From Dehalococcoidales bacterium (GTDB taxonomy: Bacteria > Chloroflexota > Dehalococcoidia > Dehalococcoidales > Fen-1064), in the NCBI GenBank assembly GCA_030654965.1, contig JAURWL010000256.1, positions 1 through 60,323 of the forward strand: a stretch of 60,323 nucleotides of DNA. The letters run 5' to 3'. A program made the position numbers and the translations under genes. Numbering within the stretch: the stretch's first letter is position 1; every line of letters starts with the position of its first letter. Below, piece after piece: positions 1 through 10,759 of the stretch. The notes below the pieces were generated by a model. That model was not told the DNA's origin. It was given only the letters and a program-made list of their open reading frames with translations, and searched no databases.

Positions 1-1139
1 TGGGGAGCGGAAGTCATTAAATTAGAGCCGCTTACCGGTGATATGGCACGCGGTATTGGCACAGCTATTACACCCGAAGAGAAAGCCAGAGCACAAGAAC
101 AGGGGAATGTCGGATATTATTTCCAATTTCTGAATAGAGGCAAGAGAGGTGTTGCTCTTAATCTAAAAGAAGAAGCCGGGAAACCCATTCTCAGTAAACT
201 GGTATGCTGGGCGGATATATTTATGTCAAATTACGAAATGAATACTCTGTATAAACTGGGCGCAGACTATGATGCACTCAGCGGAATCAATCCGCGTATT
301 ATTTACGCGATACTAACAGGTTACGGCACCGTAGGTCCCGATAAAGATGAACGTGGCTTTGACTATGCGGCCGCCTGGGCGCGCTCCGGATTAATGTATA
401 TGATAGGTGAACCCGGCAGTATCCCTCCACCACAGCGCGGGGGGATGATGGACAGAGTCGTCGGTAGTCACATAGTGGGTGGGGTTCTTGCCGCTCTGTA
501 TCATAAGACCGTACGGGACAGGGGCAAAAAATCGAGTTCTCTCTTTATCATAGCGGTGTCTGGACGGATGCGGAAGATATTCAGCCGGCTCTTATGGGCA
601 GAGAACCTGTGAAGCATAACCGTGCCACAGCACGAAATCCGCTCTGGAATAACTACCGTACAAAGGATGACCGATGGTTCTGGGCGGCAATGCTCCAGCC
701 AGATCTTTCCTGGGGTAATTTCTGCCGTGCACTGGGACACCCGGAATGGGAAAATGACTCAAAATACAATAGTATCGAACAAAGATTCTGGAATCGGGAG
801 GAACTTATCCGCTTTATCGATGATATTCTAATGACCAGAACAATGGCGGAATGGGAAGTAATTTTCCGTCAGAATAGTATTATTTACGGACGTGTAGCAA
901 GCCCTCAAGAAGTCGTCACCGACCCGCAGGCTTTAGCAAATAACTTCTTTGTTGATTTGCATCATCCGGTTGCCCCGAATCTCAAGGTAGTGATGACGCC
1001 GGTGAAATTTGTTCAGAACCCGGCGGAAGTAAGAGCACCCGCGCCTGAAATTGGTCAACACACTGAAGAAATTTTACTGGAAATGGGCTATACGTGGGAA
1101 GATATCGCCCAACTGAAAGCACAGAACGTCATTTTATAG
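1..1139 (+). CDS. Family III CoA-transferase (CaiB/BaiF), 5'-truncated by the window edge, apparent 1-nt frameshift near 505
   Basis: Frame 1 reads WGAEVIKLEP...LNRGKRGVALNLK...GFDYAA. After CATAAGAC (502-509) the expected DRTGQGQKIEFSL...YRTKDDRW...APEIGQHTEEIL continues in the frame of ORF 594..1139. Confidence 0.85.
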
Positions 1140-1163
1140 AAAGTTAGGGTTACACTCGCCGAG

Positions 1164-2420
1164 ATGAGAACTAAGTCTCCCCGTTTTTTCTATGGTTGGT
1201 GGGTGGTCGCCGCCTGCTTTTCTATATCACTATTTATACAGGGTATCATCGGTTTCGGTTTCACCGCGTTAATCGAACCTTTAAGCAATAAATTCGGCTG
1301 GAGCTATACTCAGATTTCTTTTGCCGGTTCAATCCGCGGACTGGAAGTTGGTCTTTTAGCACCAGCCATCGGTCTGCTGATTGACCGCTGGGGCACGCGG
1401 ATATTTATTATTTCAGGGACGGTGCTTTGTGGATTGGCTATGTTCCTTTTAAGCAGGGTTTCTTCCCTCAATATGTTCTATGTTTCTTTTGCCCTGATAG
1501 CTCTGGGGATGAGTGCCCTCAGTCCCACGGTAACCATGACCACAATCGCTAACTGGTTCAACAAGAGAATCGGGTTGGCGACCGGTCTCATGCACAGTGG
1601 CGTGGGCTTCTCCGGTCTTATGATACCTCTGGTCGTATTACTCATTGATAACTTCGGTATAAATAAAGCAATGGTTATTCTGGGTATCTTTTCCCTGGGA
1701 ATAATCACTCCTATTTCGTTTGCCATTCGTGACAGACCGGAAAAATACGGCTTACTCCCGGATGGGGAAATTATCTCCCATGATAAAAACCAGAACATCC
1801 AAACTCCTGCGATGGAAAATAGCTCTGACTTCAGAATTAAGGAAGCTATGCGCACTCGCGCGTTCTGGTACCTCGCTTTGGCAATGCTTTTTCAGCTACT
1901 GATAGTGAATGCTGTAACCACTCACATGATGCCCTACCTCAGCAGTATTGGCATTGCCCGCGCCACCGCAAGCCTTATTGCCAGTGCCGTGCCATTATCC
2001 AGTGTTATCGGAAGATTAGGCTTTGGGTGGTTGAGTGATAGAATAGACCAGCGTCATATCATGGCAACCGGATATGCTCTGATGAGTCTGGGTCTCCTCT
2101 GTTTCACACTTGCGGCGCTATGGAATCCGCTTTTACTATTCCCTGCTGTGCCCCTTTTCAGTATTGGATTCGGGGGGAACGCTACTGTTCGCGCCTCGGT
2201 AGTCCGCGATTATTTCGGTCGCAAAAGCTTCGGTGCTATTCACGGACTGGTTATGGGGCTGGCAGTTATCGGCACAATTACCGGTCCACCTCTGGCTGGT
2301 TGGGTTTTTGACACCTGGGGAAGTTACCACGGTATCTGGCTTGCCTTCACAATTGTGGCAGTGACACCGCTCGTTCTCATGCTTGCTATGTCCAAACCCG
2401 TCAGAAACAAACAATTTTAA
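1164..2420 (+). CDS. MFS transporter (OFA/MCT-like)
   Basis: About 12 hydrophobic segments, FYGWWVV N-terminus, motif A GLLIDRWGTR and GWLSDRID. Confidence 0.9.
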   Translation: MRTKSPRFFYGWWVVAACFSISLFIQGIIGFGFTALIEPLSNKFGWSYTQISFAGSIRGLEVGLLAPAIGLLIDRWGTRIFIISGTVLCGLAMFLLSRVSSLNMFYVSFALIALGMSALSPTVTMTTIANWFNKRIGLATGLMHSGVGFSGLMIPLVVLLIDNFGINKAMVILGIFSLGIITPISFAIRDRPEKYGLLPDGEIISHDKNQNIQTPAMENSSDFRIKEAMRTRAFWYLALAMLFQLLIVNAVTTHMMPYLSSIGIARATASLIASAVPLSSVIGRLGFGWLSDRIDQRHIMATGYALMSLGLLCFTLAALWNPLLLFPAVPLFSIGFGGNATVRASVVRDYFGRKSFGAIHGLVMGLAVIGTITGPPLAGWVFDTWGSYHGIWLAFTIVAVTPLVLMLAMSKPVRNKQF

Positions 2421-2489
2421 ACTCCCGATAATTTCGGACGGCATTAACTTCAAAGAACTTTTTCCTTACACCAGTTTAATGATGGTTCT

Positions 2490-2663
2490 ACTGCGCTGAC
2501 AACCCTGATAGCCATATTGCCGCTGGCTTTTGGTATGGGCGAAGGTGTTATAATGGCGTCAGAAATGGCAGTGGTTGTTGTCGGCGGTTTGTTCAGTTCG
2601 ACACTGCTCACCCTACTGGTGGTACCAGTAATTTACTCACTCGCCTACAGCCGTCGCCAGTAA
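2490..2663 (+). pseudogene. C-terminal remnant of an AcrB/RND efflux permease
   Basis: Translates TALTTLIAILPLAFGMGEGVIMASEMAVVVVGGLFSSTLLTLLVVPVIYSLAYSRRQ*, matching RND TM11-12. No start codon or upstream body. Confidence 0.8.
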
Positions 2664-2708
2664 CTGCCAAAAAAGACGCAATGAAAGACACTCAGGCAAA
2701 GGAGATAT

Positions 2709-3233
2709 ATGGCACGCGTTTCGTTGGTTGAAAAAGAAAATGCGCATCCAATGGTGAAGGAACTCTATGAAAAAAACATGCAGAATAGCGGCAGGGTTTT
2801 AAATCTATTCAAGGTTATGGGTCACCTTCCTTACATCGGACTGAATTTCCAGAGAATGGGCAACTCAATTCTTAAAGGCGAGGAGTTATCCCCTAAATTA
2901 CGTGAACTGGCGATTCTTCGGGTGGGTTTTCTCGCACGGTGTCGATATGAATTTACCCAGCATACGCCTATCGCTCTGCGTGCCGGCCTTCGGAAGAAGC
3001 AGATTGACGAACTGGGGCAATGGAAACTTTCCAGAGAATTTACGGATGAAGAAAAAGTCGTTCTGGCTTATACCGATGAAATGGCGGTGACCGTACAAGT
3101 TAAGGACGAGACTTTCAATGAACTGCGTCGATTTCTCAGTGAACATTCCATTGTGGAGCTGACCTCCACGATTGCCTACTATGGGATGGCATGCCGGATA
3201 CTGGAAGCGCTTCAGGTAGATATGGAGCCATGA
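2709..3233 (+). CDS. Carboxymuconolactone decarboxylase/AhpD-like protein
   Basis: LRELAILRVG..RCRYEFTQH..A..AG motif; SD AAAGGAG. Confidence 0.8.
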   Translation: MARVSLVEKENAHPMVKELYEKNMQNSGRVLNLFKVMGHLPYIGLNFQRMGNSILKGEELSPKLRELAILRVGFLARCRYEFTQHTPIALRAGLRKKQIDELGQWKLSREFTDEEKVVLAYTDEMAVTVQVKDETFNELRRFLSEHSIVELTSTIAYYGMACRILEALQVDMEP

Positions 3234-3264
3234 CAAGTGAAACTTGAAAAAGAGAGGTATATGC

Positions 3265-3606
3265 ATGAGCGTCACGTATAAGTATCACCATCTGGGTATA
3301 CCAACAAGAAAGAAAATGATTGGTATGATGCACCTGAAACACTTGAAGATTTATGCCACCGACCATGAGTCAAATCCATTCGGAATACAATGGATGCTGT
3401 ATGAAAAGGGATGCAATTTACCCGAACTGGTGTGCAAGGTTCCGCACGTAGCATTCGAGGTAAATGACCTGCAAGAAGCAATCAAGGGGAAAAAGGTAAT
3501 CGTGCAGCCTAATTCACCATCTCCCGGCGTCATAGTTGCGATGATTGAAGAAGCCGAAGCGCCGGTAGAGTTTCTGCAGTTCGATAAAGCAGTTAGGCTG
3601 AAGTAA
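3265..3606 (+). CDS. VOC/glyoxalase-fold protein
   Basis: YHHLGIPT, PHVAFEVNDL and PVEFLQF motifs; ATG at 3265 after GAGG. Confidence 0.7.
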   Translation: MSVTYKYHHLGIPTRKKMIGMMHLKHLKIYATDHESNPFGIQWMLYEKGCNLPELVCKVPHVAFEVNDLQEAIKGKKVIVQPNSPSPGVIVAMIEEAEAPVEFLQFDKAVRLK

Positions 3607-3612
3607 CGTATT

Positions 3613-5067
3613 CTACATAGCTTGGTTTGCTTGTTTTGCCTTTGCCTGGAATTCATGATAAGCGACAAAACGGCTGAGCGCTCTCGCGGCATTGACGGTG
3701 GTAGAGTAGGTGGGTATTCCGGAGGTTGCATACCTGGTCAACAACCGTGCCCGATAAGACGCTGGGCCTTCCATATTTGCCATGGCGGTAACCGCAATAA
3801 CGATAGGCTTTCCGGATGCATTATGATGGCAATATTCAACCATAAATCCATCTGACTTACGGTGCCGTTCCATGTGCTCCTGGTCATCATCATCCCACAT
3901 AATCTGTTTTTCCATAATTGCCACATCTATATTGGGGTCGGCAAGCGTAAGGTCAAACGCTTTCTTAAATGCATCGGGGTCTTCCTGTACCGACCAGATA
4001 TCCAGAGGGTTCCGGGTGCTGTTCCCCGCAAGGCGGATAAATTTATTTAGCTCCTGACGGGTCTGGTCAGTAATACGCGGCACTTCGAGCCCTTCTCGAC
4101 CACAAATGTCCGCCAGCGCCACAGAGTTACCACCCCCACCACCCATCAGTAAAGTGCGTCTACCTGCTGTCGGTTTCAAATACTGGAAAACCATGGCTGT
4201 ATCGATTACCTCTTCAAGTGAGCCTACAGGTACAGCGCCTGTCTGTGCGTAAAAAGCTTTCCAGATACGCTCCTCACCTGCTAAAGACCCCGTATGAGAA
4301 GAGACAGCCTGCGCGCCCGATGGTGTCAGACCACCCTTCCAGACAAATACTGGTTTGGTGCGGTTGATACGTTTGATGAGCTGAGTAATGCGGTTGCCGT
4401 CTTTCATACCTTCGAAATAACACGCAATCATCTTCGTATCGGGGTCGGTTTCCAGATATTCTAGAAAGTCAACCGCCTGTAGACCGCGCGCGTTTCCGAA
4501 GCTGATAATCTTACTGAAATATATGCCGAGCGATTGACCCAATTCGCTAATATATTCGCCATGCCCACCACTTTGAGAGACAAATGCCAGTGAACCGAGC
4601 CCTTTCGGTTCGGCTCCCCACGCACATAGTTTGCTTGCCGGCACCCAGATACCCATGCAATTTGGACCAACGACTCTCAGATCGCTGTTCTTTATAATTG
4701 CCGTAATTTCTTCATCAAGTTTTTTACCTTCTTCCTCTCCGGTCTCGCTGAACCCTGAACTGAAGATATGGACGTTCTTCACATTTCCAACAATACAATC
4801 CCGCAATATCTGCGGCACTGCTGGTGCAGCCGTAGCGATAATAACATGGTCGGGCGGCTCGGGGATGGATTTGACGTCCGGATAGCATTTTAACCCTTCC
4901 ACTTCGGTTGCTTTTGGATTGACAGGGTAAAGCCTGCCGGAATACCCTCGTTTTTTCAATCTTTGCAGAAAACTCGTACCGCCCCAGCCTGCCGGATTTG
5001 CGGAAACACCCACCAGAGCTACCGATTCCGGGAAGAACAGGCTATTTAGAACTCGAGACGAGGACAT
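3613..5067 (-). CDS. ADP-forming acyl-CoA synthetase alpha-like subunit (CoA-binding protein)
   Basis: PESVALVGVS, YPVNPK, GPNCMG, SQSGG and phospho-His SHTGSLAG motifs. Confidence 0.85.
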   Translation of the reverse strand: MSSSRVLNSLFFPESVALVGVSANPAGWGGTSFLQRLKKRGYSGRLYPVNPKATEVEGLKCYPDVKSIPEPPDHVIIATAAPAVPQILRDCIVGNVKNVHIFSSGFSETGEEEGKKLDEEITAIIKNSDLRVVGPNCMGIWVPASKLCAWGAEPKGLGSLAFVSQSGGHGEYISELGQSLGIYFSKIISFGNARGLQAVDFLEYLETDPDTKMIACYFEGMKDGNRITQLIKRINRTKPVFVWKGGLTPSGAQAVSSHTGSLAGEERIWKAFYAQTGAVPVGSLEEVIDTAMVFQYLKPTAGRRTLLMGGGGGNSVALADICGREGLEVPRITDQTRQELNKFIRLAGNSTRNPLDIWSVQEDPDAFKKAFDLTLADPNIDVAIMEKQIMWDDDDQEHMERHRKSDGFMVEYCHHNASGKPIVIAVTAMANMEGPASYRARLLTRYATSGIPTYSTTVNAARALSRFVAYHEFQAKAKQANQAM

Positions 5068-5227
5068 AAAAATACCCCTTTCTTCGGATAACGTTACTTT
5101 GCTACCGCAACCTTGAATGAAAAATTAACAACAACTTCCGTTACACAGTCTCTGGTGATTTTACCAGGAGAATGAGAATCACTGAACCATTAGATAAATC
5201 TTATCACGTTTACGTTCTGGTCTGCTA

Positions 5228-6190
5228 TTACGCATCTACTAGATTCACGTTAAGTCCCATGTCTTTTTCTAGGGCGCTTGTATAAAGAAGATAAGCAACT
5301 GCAATATCCTCGATAGCCACACCCGTCGAATCGAAAATAGTAATTTGCCTGTCATCTGTCCGCCCATTCTTTTTTCCGGTCACTAATTCACCCAATGTCC
5401 CATACACTTCATGCTGGCTATAAATACCTCTGGTTATCGGTACGTTGATTTCCCCCGCCTTAGCCGCCTGTCGGATATCATCGACGACGACACGGGACAT
5501 TTTCAGAACCGTCGGTTCCAACTCCTGTTTTCCTTCGGCATCGGCACCAACAGCATTGATGTGCGTTCCAGGCAATACCCATTCCTGCTTTACGACTGGC
5601 TGACGTGCGGTCGTAACCGTGCAAACAATATCAGATTGAACGGCATCAACTATTGAACTAGCTTCGATAGGGTAATCAGGAAGCGATTTTATCAATCGCT
5701 CCGTTACCTGTGGGAAAACGTCATAAACCTTTATTCGCTGGAATGAAAAAAGTTCTACATGAGCAAGTATCTGGGTGTATGCCTGCCGTCCGGCGCCGAT
5801 AACGCCCATTGTATTCGAGTTTTTCCTGGCAAGATATTTAGACGCAATTGCAGAAGTGGCACCGGTCCGATAAGCAGTAATATCGGTAGCATCCATGACA
5901 GCCAAGGGATAACCAGTGGTCGGGTCATTACAGATAAGCACAGCCATCACAGTCGGTAAACCTATTGAGGGATTTCCCGTATGCACATTTACCCATTTTA
6001 GACCGGCGGCTCCCGGTAATAATGCCGGCATGGCACGGAAATCACCATCTTTCACCTGAAGATAGGCTTTTGGCGGCATTACGCCGTTTCCTTCCGTCCA
6101 ATCACGGAACCCTTGCTCCACCACCCTGAGAACGTCCTTCATCACAAGCAATTTAAGTGTGTCTCTTCTCGTCAATATCAAAGTCGGCAT
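5228..6190 (-). CDS. Ornithine cyclodeaminase/mu-crystallin family, likely alanine dehydrogenase (archaeal type)
   Basis: MPPK, GDFRAMPA, KWVNVH, RTGA, GAGRQA, HINAVGAD and FDSTGVAIED motifs; ATG at 6190 after AAAGGAG. Confidence 0.85.
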   Translation of the reverse strand: MPTLILTRRDTLKLLVMKDVLRVVEQGFRDWTEGNGVMPPKAYLQVKDGDFRAMPALLPGAAGLKWVNVHTGNPSIGLPTVMAVLICNDPTTGYPLAVMDATDITAYRTGATSAIASKYLARKNSNTMGVIGAGRQAYTQILAHVELFSFQRIKVYDVFPQVTERLIKSLPDYPIEASSIVDAVQSDIVCTVTTARQPVVKQEWVLPGTHINAVGADAEGKQELEPTVLKMSRVVVDDIRQAAKAGEINVPITRGIYSQHEVYGTLGELVTGKKNGRTDDRQITIFDSTGVAIEDIAVAYLLYTSALEKDMGLNVNLVDA

Positions 6191-6345
6191 AATCACTCCT
6201 TTCGTTCTCCGATAATGGTATCTATACAAAATGTACAATGGACGCGAGTTGACGTCAAGAATGAATACACATAGAGAGTAAAGACGAAAAAGCAAATGAC
6301 AGGAATGAGTGTTATGTATGAATTGAACCGCCCCAAAATAAGTGG

Positions 6346-6389
6346 GGGCACTATCGGGTAGGGGTGAGGTAGTCTACCCGATAGTACCC
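6346..6389 (-). terminator. Long hairpin downstream of ftsZ, probable intrinsic terminator
   Basis: GGGCACTATCGGGTAG / CTACCCGATAGTACCC inverted repeat followed by CACTTATTTT on the minus strand. Confidence 0.55.
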
Positions 6390-6450
6390 TCTTTATTACA
6401 GAGCTCAGGCTGTCAGGTTACAATGCCCTAGCCTGCTCTCAGTCTCAGGA

Positions 6451-7602
6451 TTACTTGCTCCACTGGCTATAGGAGGGTGTCCTGTTAGCCTGCGGTGATT
6501 TTGCCGGAGCCTGTGGTGCGGGTGCCGGCATTTTTCGCTGTGTATACATCGGTCGGCGTAAGAAAGCGGGGACATCCAGCTGTTCTTCGCTCTTCAGGTC
6601 CTTTAGATATGCCGCCATCTCTTCCGCACGAATGGGGCTCATACCGGTCTGGTTAGCTTGGAAGCCGGTGGCAATGAGAGTAATCTTGACGTCCTTATCC
6701 ATCCGAGAATCATGGACAACGCCGAAGATGATATTGGCTTCCGGGTCAATCGCCTGTTTGATAACTTCAGCCGCTTCATTGACCTCGAAGAGTGACAGAT
6801 TGTCACCACCGACGACGTTGAAGAGCACGGCCCTGGCACCCGTGATAGATACGTCCAGTAGCGGACTGGCAAGTGCATTCTTGGCGGCATCCACCGCACG
6901 ATTCTGTCCACTACCTCGCCCGATAGACATCCAGGCGGGACCGGCGTCTTTCATGATAGAACGGACATCCGCAAAGTCCAGGTTAATGAGACCAGGCGTG
7001 GTAATAACCTGGGCAATTGCCTGCACGCCGTTGCAAAGCACCTCATCCGCAAGCCGGAAGGCGGCATCTACACCGGTCTTCTGGTCGCACATGGTGAATA
7101 ACCGTTCATTGGGGATGATGATGAGGGTATCGACAATCGGGATTAGACCCTGGACGCCCTCTTCGGCAACCTTCATGCGATGATTGCCTTCGAAGTTGAA
7201 GGGTTTGGTGACAACTGCAATGGTGAGCGCGCCGCTCTGTTTGGCAATCTCTGCCACAACAGGCGCCGCCCCGGTGCCGGTGCCGCCGCCCATGCCAGCC
7301 GTAATAAAAATCATGTCGGCGCCCGAAAGAATCTCTTTTATTTCATCGCGATTCTCTTCCGCGGCTTTCTGCCCGACATGATGGTCGCCGCCGGCGCCGA
7401 GGCCTCTGACCAGTTTCTCACCAAGTTGAATGCGCACCGGGGCTTCTGTGATTGCCAGTGACTGCGCATCGGTGTTCATGGCAATGAACTCTACACCAGC
7501 AACACCATCTCTGACCATTCGGGTAATTGCATTAGAACCACCACCGCCAAGCCCACAGACTTTTATTCTAACCGGACTAGCGGTGAAACTTGACCTCGCC
7601 AT
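6451..7602 (-). CDS. ftsZ: Cell division protein FtsZ
   Basis: [26 protein letters not shown] and C-terminal LDVPAFLRR. Confidence 0.98.
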   Translation of the reverse strand: MARSSFTASPVRIKVCGLGGGGSNAITRMVRDGVAGVEFIAMNTDAQSLAITEAPVRIQLGEKLVRGLGAGGDHHVGQKAAEENRDEIKEILSGADMIFITAGMGGGTGTGAAPVVAEIAKQSGALTIAVVTKPFNFEGNHRMKVAEEGVQGLIPIVDTLIIIPNERLFTMCDQKTGVDAAFRLADEVLCNGVQAIAQVITTPGLINLDFADVRSIMKDAGPAWMSIGRGSGQNRAVDAAKNALASPLLDVSITGARAVLFNVVGGDNLSLFEVNEAAEVIKQAIDPEANIIFGVVHDSRMDKDVKITLIATGFQANQTGMSPIRAEEMAAYLKDLKSEEQLDVPAFLRRPMYTQRKMPAPAPQAPAKSPQANRTPSYSQWSK

Positions 7603-7638
7603 TAGTTCCTCCTCTTTATCTTTATATATTTATTTACT

Positions 7639-8877
7639 TTATTGATTTGCCGTTGGTTTGTTAAACAGATTCTTGATTCTTGAAACCATGTTCCAGATAT
7701 TGCCGCTGACGCCACGGGATTTCCAGCTGGAGACGCTCTTCGGTTTTACACCCCAGAGCAATAAGCCGACAGCAGTGGCGTAAGCCGGGTCGGTAAGATT
7801 ATCGCCGAGACCATTAATTGGTAGCGGTGAACCAACCCGTACCGGCATGTGTAAAATATCACGTCCGAGCGCATCAATGCCCGACATGTTAGCAGTACCA
7901 CCCGTGAGCACCAAACCACCAGGCACTAACAAGTCTTGCTCACCACGTGGGAGCTCCAGAACAATAAGTCGTAAAACTTCTTCAATACGAGCGCGGACAA
8001 TATCACACAAGCCCTGGTAAGAGATATTATGCCCGTTCTGTCCGGTAGAGATGGCATCATTGTCAGCCTTGCTCTCATAGACCGACATCGCTGTACCGTA
8101 CTTCTTCTTCATTTCCTCTGCTATTTCGAATGGCAGACCGAGACCAATGGCGATGTCGCGTGTCATCTGATAGCCGGCGACGGGGATAATCGCCGTATGC
8201 CAGATACTGCCTTCCTTGAAGACTGCGATATCAGTCGTGCCACCACCTATATCTGCAAGAATGACCCCGACCTGCTTCTCATCTTCGGTCAAGACCGCTT
8301 CACTGCTGGCAAGAGCCTCGAACACGAGGTCTTCCACATCTACCCCAATGCCCCGAATGCACTTGATGAGATTCTGGACGGATGACACAGCCGCAGTGAT
8401 AACGTGCGTCTCTACATCCAGTTTAAAGCCGTGCATTCCTACAGGATTCTGAACGCCCTCCTGACCATCGACAGCATAACTGCGCGGAATCAGGTGGAGC
8501 AGTTTCTGCTCCCCGGTTACCTTGACGTTCTGGGAGCTTTGCAAAACCCTTCTCAGGTCCTCGGGACGAACCAGCCTGTCATTGCGTGTGACCGCCACCA
8601 CACCACGGTTGTTTTTACCGGTGATGTGACGTCCGGTGACGCCCACGTAGGCTGAATCCACCCGGTAGCCGCTGGACTGTTCCGCTTTTTTGACAGATTC
8701 GCGGACAGATTCCTTGGCTTCGTTGATGTTGACCACCATACCTTTGTGCAAGCCTTTGGAGGGGACAACCCCCACCCCGGCAATGCGCATCTGCCCGCTA
8801 TCACTCACCTCGGCGATGAGCGTGCAGACTTTCGTGGTGCCGACATCAATCGCGGATACAGTTTTCCATTTTCGCAT
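7639..8877 (-). CDS. ftsA: Cell division protein FtsA
   Basis: DVGTTKV, DIGGGTTD, LTGGTA motifs, C-terminal amphipathic helix, adjacent to ftsZ. Confidence 0.96.
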   Translation of the reverse strand: MRKWKTVSAIDVGTTKVCTLIAEVSDSGQMRIAGVGVVPSKGLHKGMVVNINEAKESVRESVKKAEQSSGYRVDSAYVGVTGRHITGKNNRGVVAVTRNDRLVRPEDLRRVLQSSQNVKVTGEQKLLHLIPRSYAVDGQEGVQNPVGMHGFKLDVETHVITAAVSSVQNLIKCIRGIGVDVEDLVFEALASSEAVLTEDEKQVGVILADIGGGTTDIAVFKEGSIWHTAIIPVAGYQMTRDIAIGLGLPFEIAEEMKKKYGTAMSVYESKADNDAISTGQNGHNISYQGLCDIVRARIEEVLRLIVLELPRGEQDLLVPGGLVLTGGTANMSGIDALGRDILHMPVRVGSPLPINGLGDNLTDPAYATAVGLLLWGVKPKSVSSWKSRGVSGNIWNMVSRIKNLFNKPTANQ

Positions 8878-8963
8878 CTATTCCTCCTCGATCGGTGGGT
8901 ACCAACCACCTGGTTATTATATTAATTGTGCCCTCACAGACACGTTATTACCTTTTTTATTCC

Positions 8964-9938
8964 TTAATTTTTTGAGAAATGTGAATAGGTTACCTTATCA
9001 GATTGTTGACGGGGAGCAATCTTTTCAGCTACCCGCATTTTTGCGCTCCGGCTCCGGGGATTATCCTTTAATTCTTCTTCGGATGGCACAATCACTTTTT
9101 TATTCACAATGCGCAGACCGGCGCTATGACCGCAATGACAGACCAGAACATTGGGTGGGCAAATGCAATCTTTTGCTTCCTTCTGCATAAAATGCTTGAC
9201 GATACGGTCTTCCAGGGAATGGTAGCTGATGACCACCAGCCTGCCGCCGATTCCCAGCACGTCAGTTGCCTGGCTTAATACAATTTCAAGCATTTCAAGC
9301 TCCCTATTAACGGCAATGCGAAGCGCCTGAAATGTCCTGGTAGCGGGGTGAATTTTCCCGTGCCTGCCACCAAGCGCATCTTCTACCACATGCGCGAGCT
9401 GAAGAGTGGTGTTGATAGGGCGTTCCTGAACAATTCGACGGGCAATCCGCTGGTTAAACCGTTCTTCTCCGTATTCGCGGAGAATGAGGGCAAGTTCTGT
9501 TTCAGAGGCTGTATTTATGATTTCTGCCGCGGTAGTTTCCTGCGCCGGATTGAAACGCATATCCAGTTCTGCATCACGCTGAAAGCTGAAACCGCGCGGG
9601 TCATCATCAAGTTGATTTGATGAGAGACCCAGGTCCAACAGGATGCCGTGGACTGGTGAAAACGAATAGCGTTGACAAATGTCACCGAGGTTTCCGAAAT
9701 TATCATTAACCAATAACACAGAATTCTGATATTTACTCAAACGTGCAGTGGCAAAGCGAATGGCTTCCGGATCGGCATCAATACCGAGGAGTTGTCCACC
9801 GGGAGCGCTTTGCTCCAGAATTGCAGCCGCATGTCCACCGCCACCGAGTGTACAATCAATATTCCGTCCGCCAGGCTGGATGGCGAGGGCTTCAATCGTT
9901 TCTTTTAATAAAACCGGTTTGTGGGCGACAGTCAACAC
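8964..9938 (-). CDS. rsmH: 16S rRNA m4C1402 methyltransferase RsmH (MraW)
   Basis: [46 protein letters not shown]. Confidence 0.97.
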   Translation of the reverse strand: MLTVAHKPVLLKETIEALAIQPGGRNIDCTLGGGGHAAAILEQSAPGGQLLGIDADPEAIRFATARLSKYQNSVLLVNDNFGNLGDICQRYSFSPVHGILLDLGLSSNQLDDDPRGFSFQRDAELDMRFNPAQETTAAEIINTASETELALILREYGEERFNQRIARRIVQERPINTTLQLAHVVEDALGGRHGKIHPATRTFQALRIAVNRELEMLEIVLSQATDVLGIGGRLVVISYHSLEDRIVKHFMQKEAKDCICPPNVLVCHCGHSAGLRIVNKKVIVPSEEELKDNPRSRSAKMRVAEKIAPRQQSDKVTYSHFSKN

Positions 9939-9947
9939 TGGTAACTC

Positions 9948-10373
9948 CTAATGTTTTTCCATGGTTTCAATGATTTGCCATGATTGTGCCTGGCTCTCTG
10001 CTTTTTCCAACTCCCAGGCTTGTTTGTCCCAGATTTCAAGGTAAATATTGGCGCCGGCAATCACAACATCGCTGGTAATACCGGCATATTGACGCAGTGG
10101 CATGGGTAGAGCGATGCGACCCTGTCCATCGAGATTGAGATGAAAGGCGGTGGCAAAAAGCGCCCGGTTCAGTTTACGCATTTTGCTTGACAAAACTGGC
10201 CCGGTAGTGAGATTTTCGGCGAGTATTTTCCACTGTGCGGGACTATAAACAAGGATACAATTTTCAGCACCAGTAGCAAGAACAATGCCATCCCTGAATT
10301 CGGCGCGGAATTTGGGGGGGAGGGGGATTCTGCCTTTTTCGTCTATTTTGTAATTGTATTCGCCTAGAAACAT
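9948..10373 (-). CDS. mraZ: Transcriptional regulator MraZ
   Basis: Two DxxGR motifs (DEKGRI, DGQGRI), LEIWD, located upstream of rsmH. Confidence 0.96.
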   Translation of the reverse strand: MFLGEYNYKIDEKGRIPLPPKFRAEFRDGIVLATGAENCILVYSPAQWKILAENLTTGPVLSSKMRKLNRALFATAFHLNLDGQGRIALPMPLRQYAGITSDVVIAGANIYLEIWDKQAWELEKAESQAQSWQIIETMEKH

Positions 10374-10416
10374 TTTTTAGCCCTTGTTATCTCGTTCCCC
10401 GCCAGTCATCACCAAG

Positions 10417-10485
10417 CCATTTCTCACTCTTTCCCATTATTCCCCACAGATTACCATTTTCTCACATTTTACTATATTCTGTCAA
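10417..10485 (-). promoter_or_regulatory. MraZ-binding repeat array and -35 box of the mraZ promoter
   Basis: Minus strand TGGT/TGGG/TGGG/TGAG at 10456/10446/10436/10426 (10-bp period); TTGACA at 10485-10480. Confidence 0.7.
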
Positions 10486-10656
10486 GTAGTTAAGCGTGGA
10501 TTTTGAGAGTATTTTTTAAGATTTTCTAAACGCAGTCGGCGCAATAGAAGACACTCACATGTTCCGGATTGTTCGCTTTCCACTGTTATTCACACACAAA
10601 CTTCCCTTAGCACACTCAATTGTGTTAGAATTATATTTCTGGTGATGAAAAACATT

Positions 10657-10744
10657 AGTCAGCTATCGGCAACTTGTCCTGAGCGTATCGAAGGATTCGG
10701 CAATCAGTAAAATGCGACAGCTTAAAAGCTGAAAGCTGATGGCT
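10657..10744. repeat. REP-like unit nested in inverted heptamer repeats
   Basis: CTTGTCCTGAGCGTATCGAAGGA (10673-10695) lies within AGCTATC/GGCAATC units; complementary GCTGAAA-GCTGATG-GCT units follow. Confidence 0.5.
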
Positions 10745-10759
10745 ACTGGCTTCTAAATA

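Noticed and set aside
10607-10628. TTAGCACAC...GTGTTAG as a CIRCE element
   Set aside because: Arms and spacing do not match TTAGCACTC-N9-GAGTGCTAA, and there is no chaperone gene nearby.
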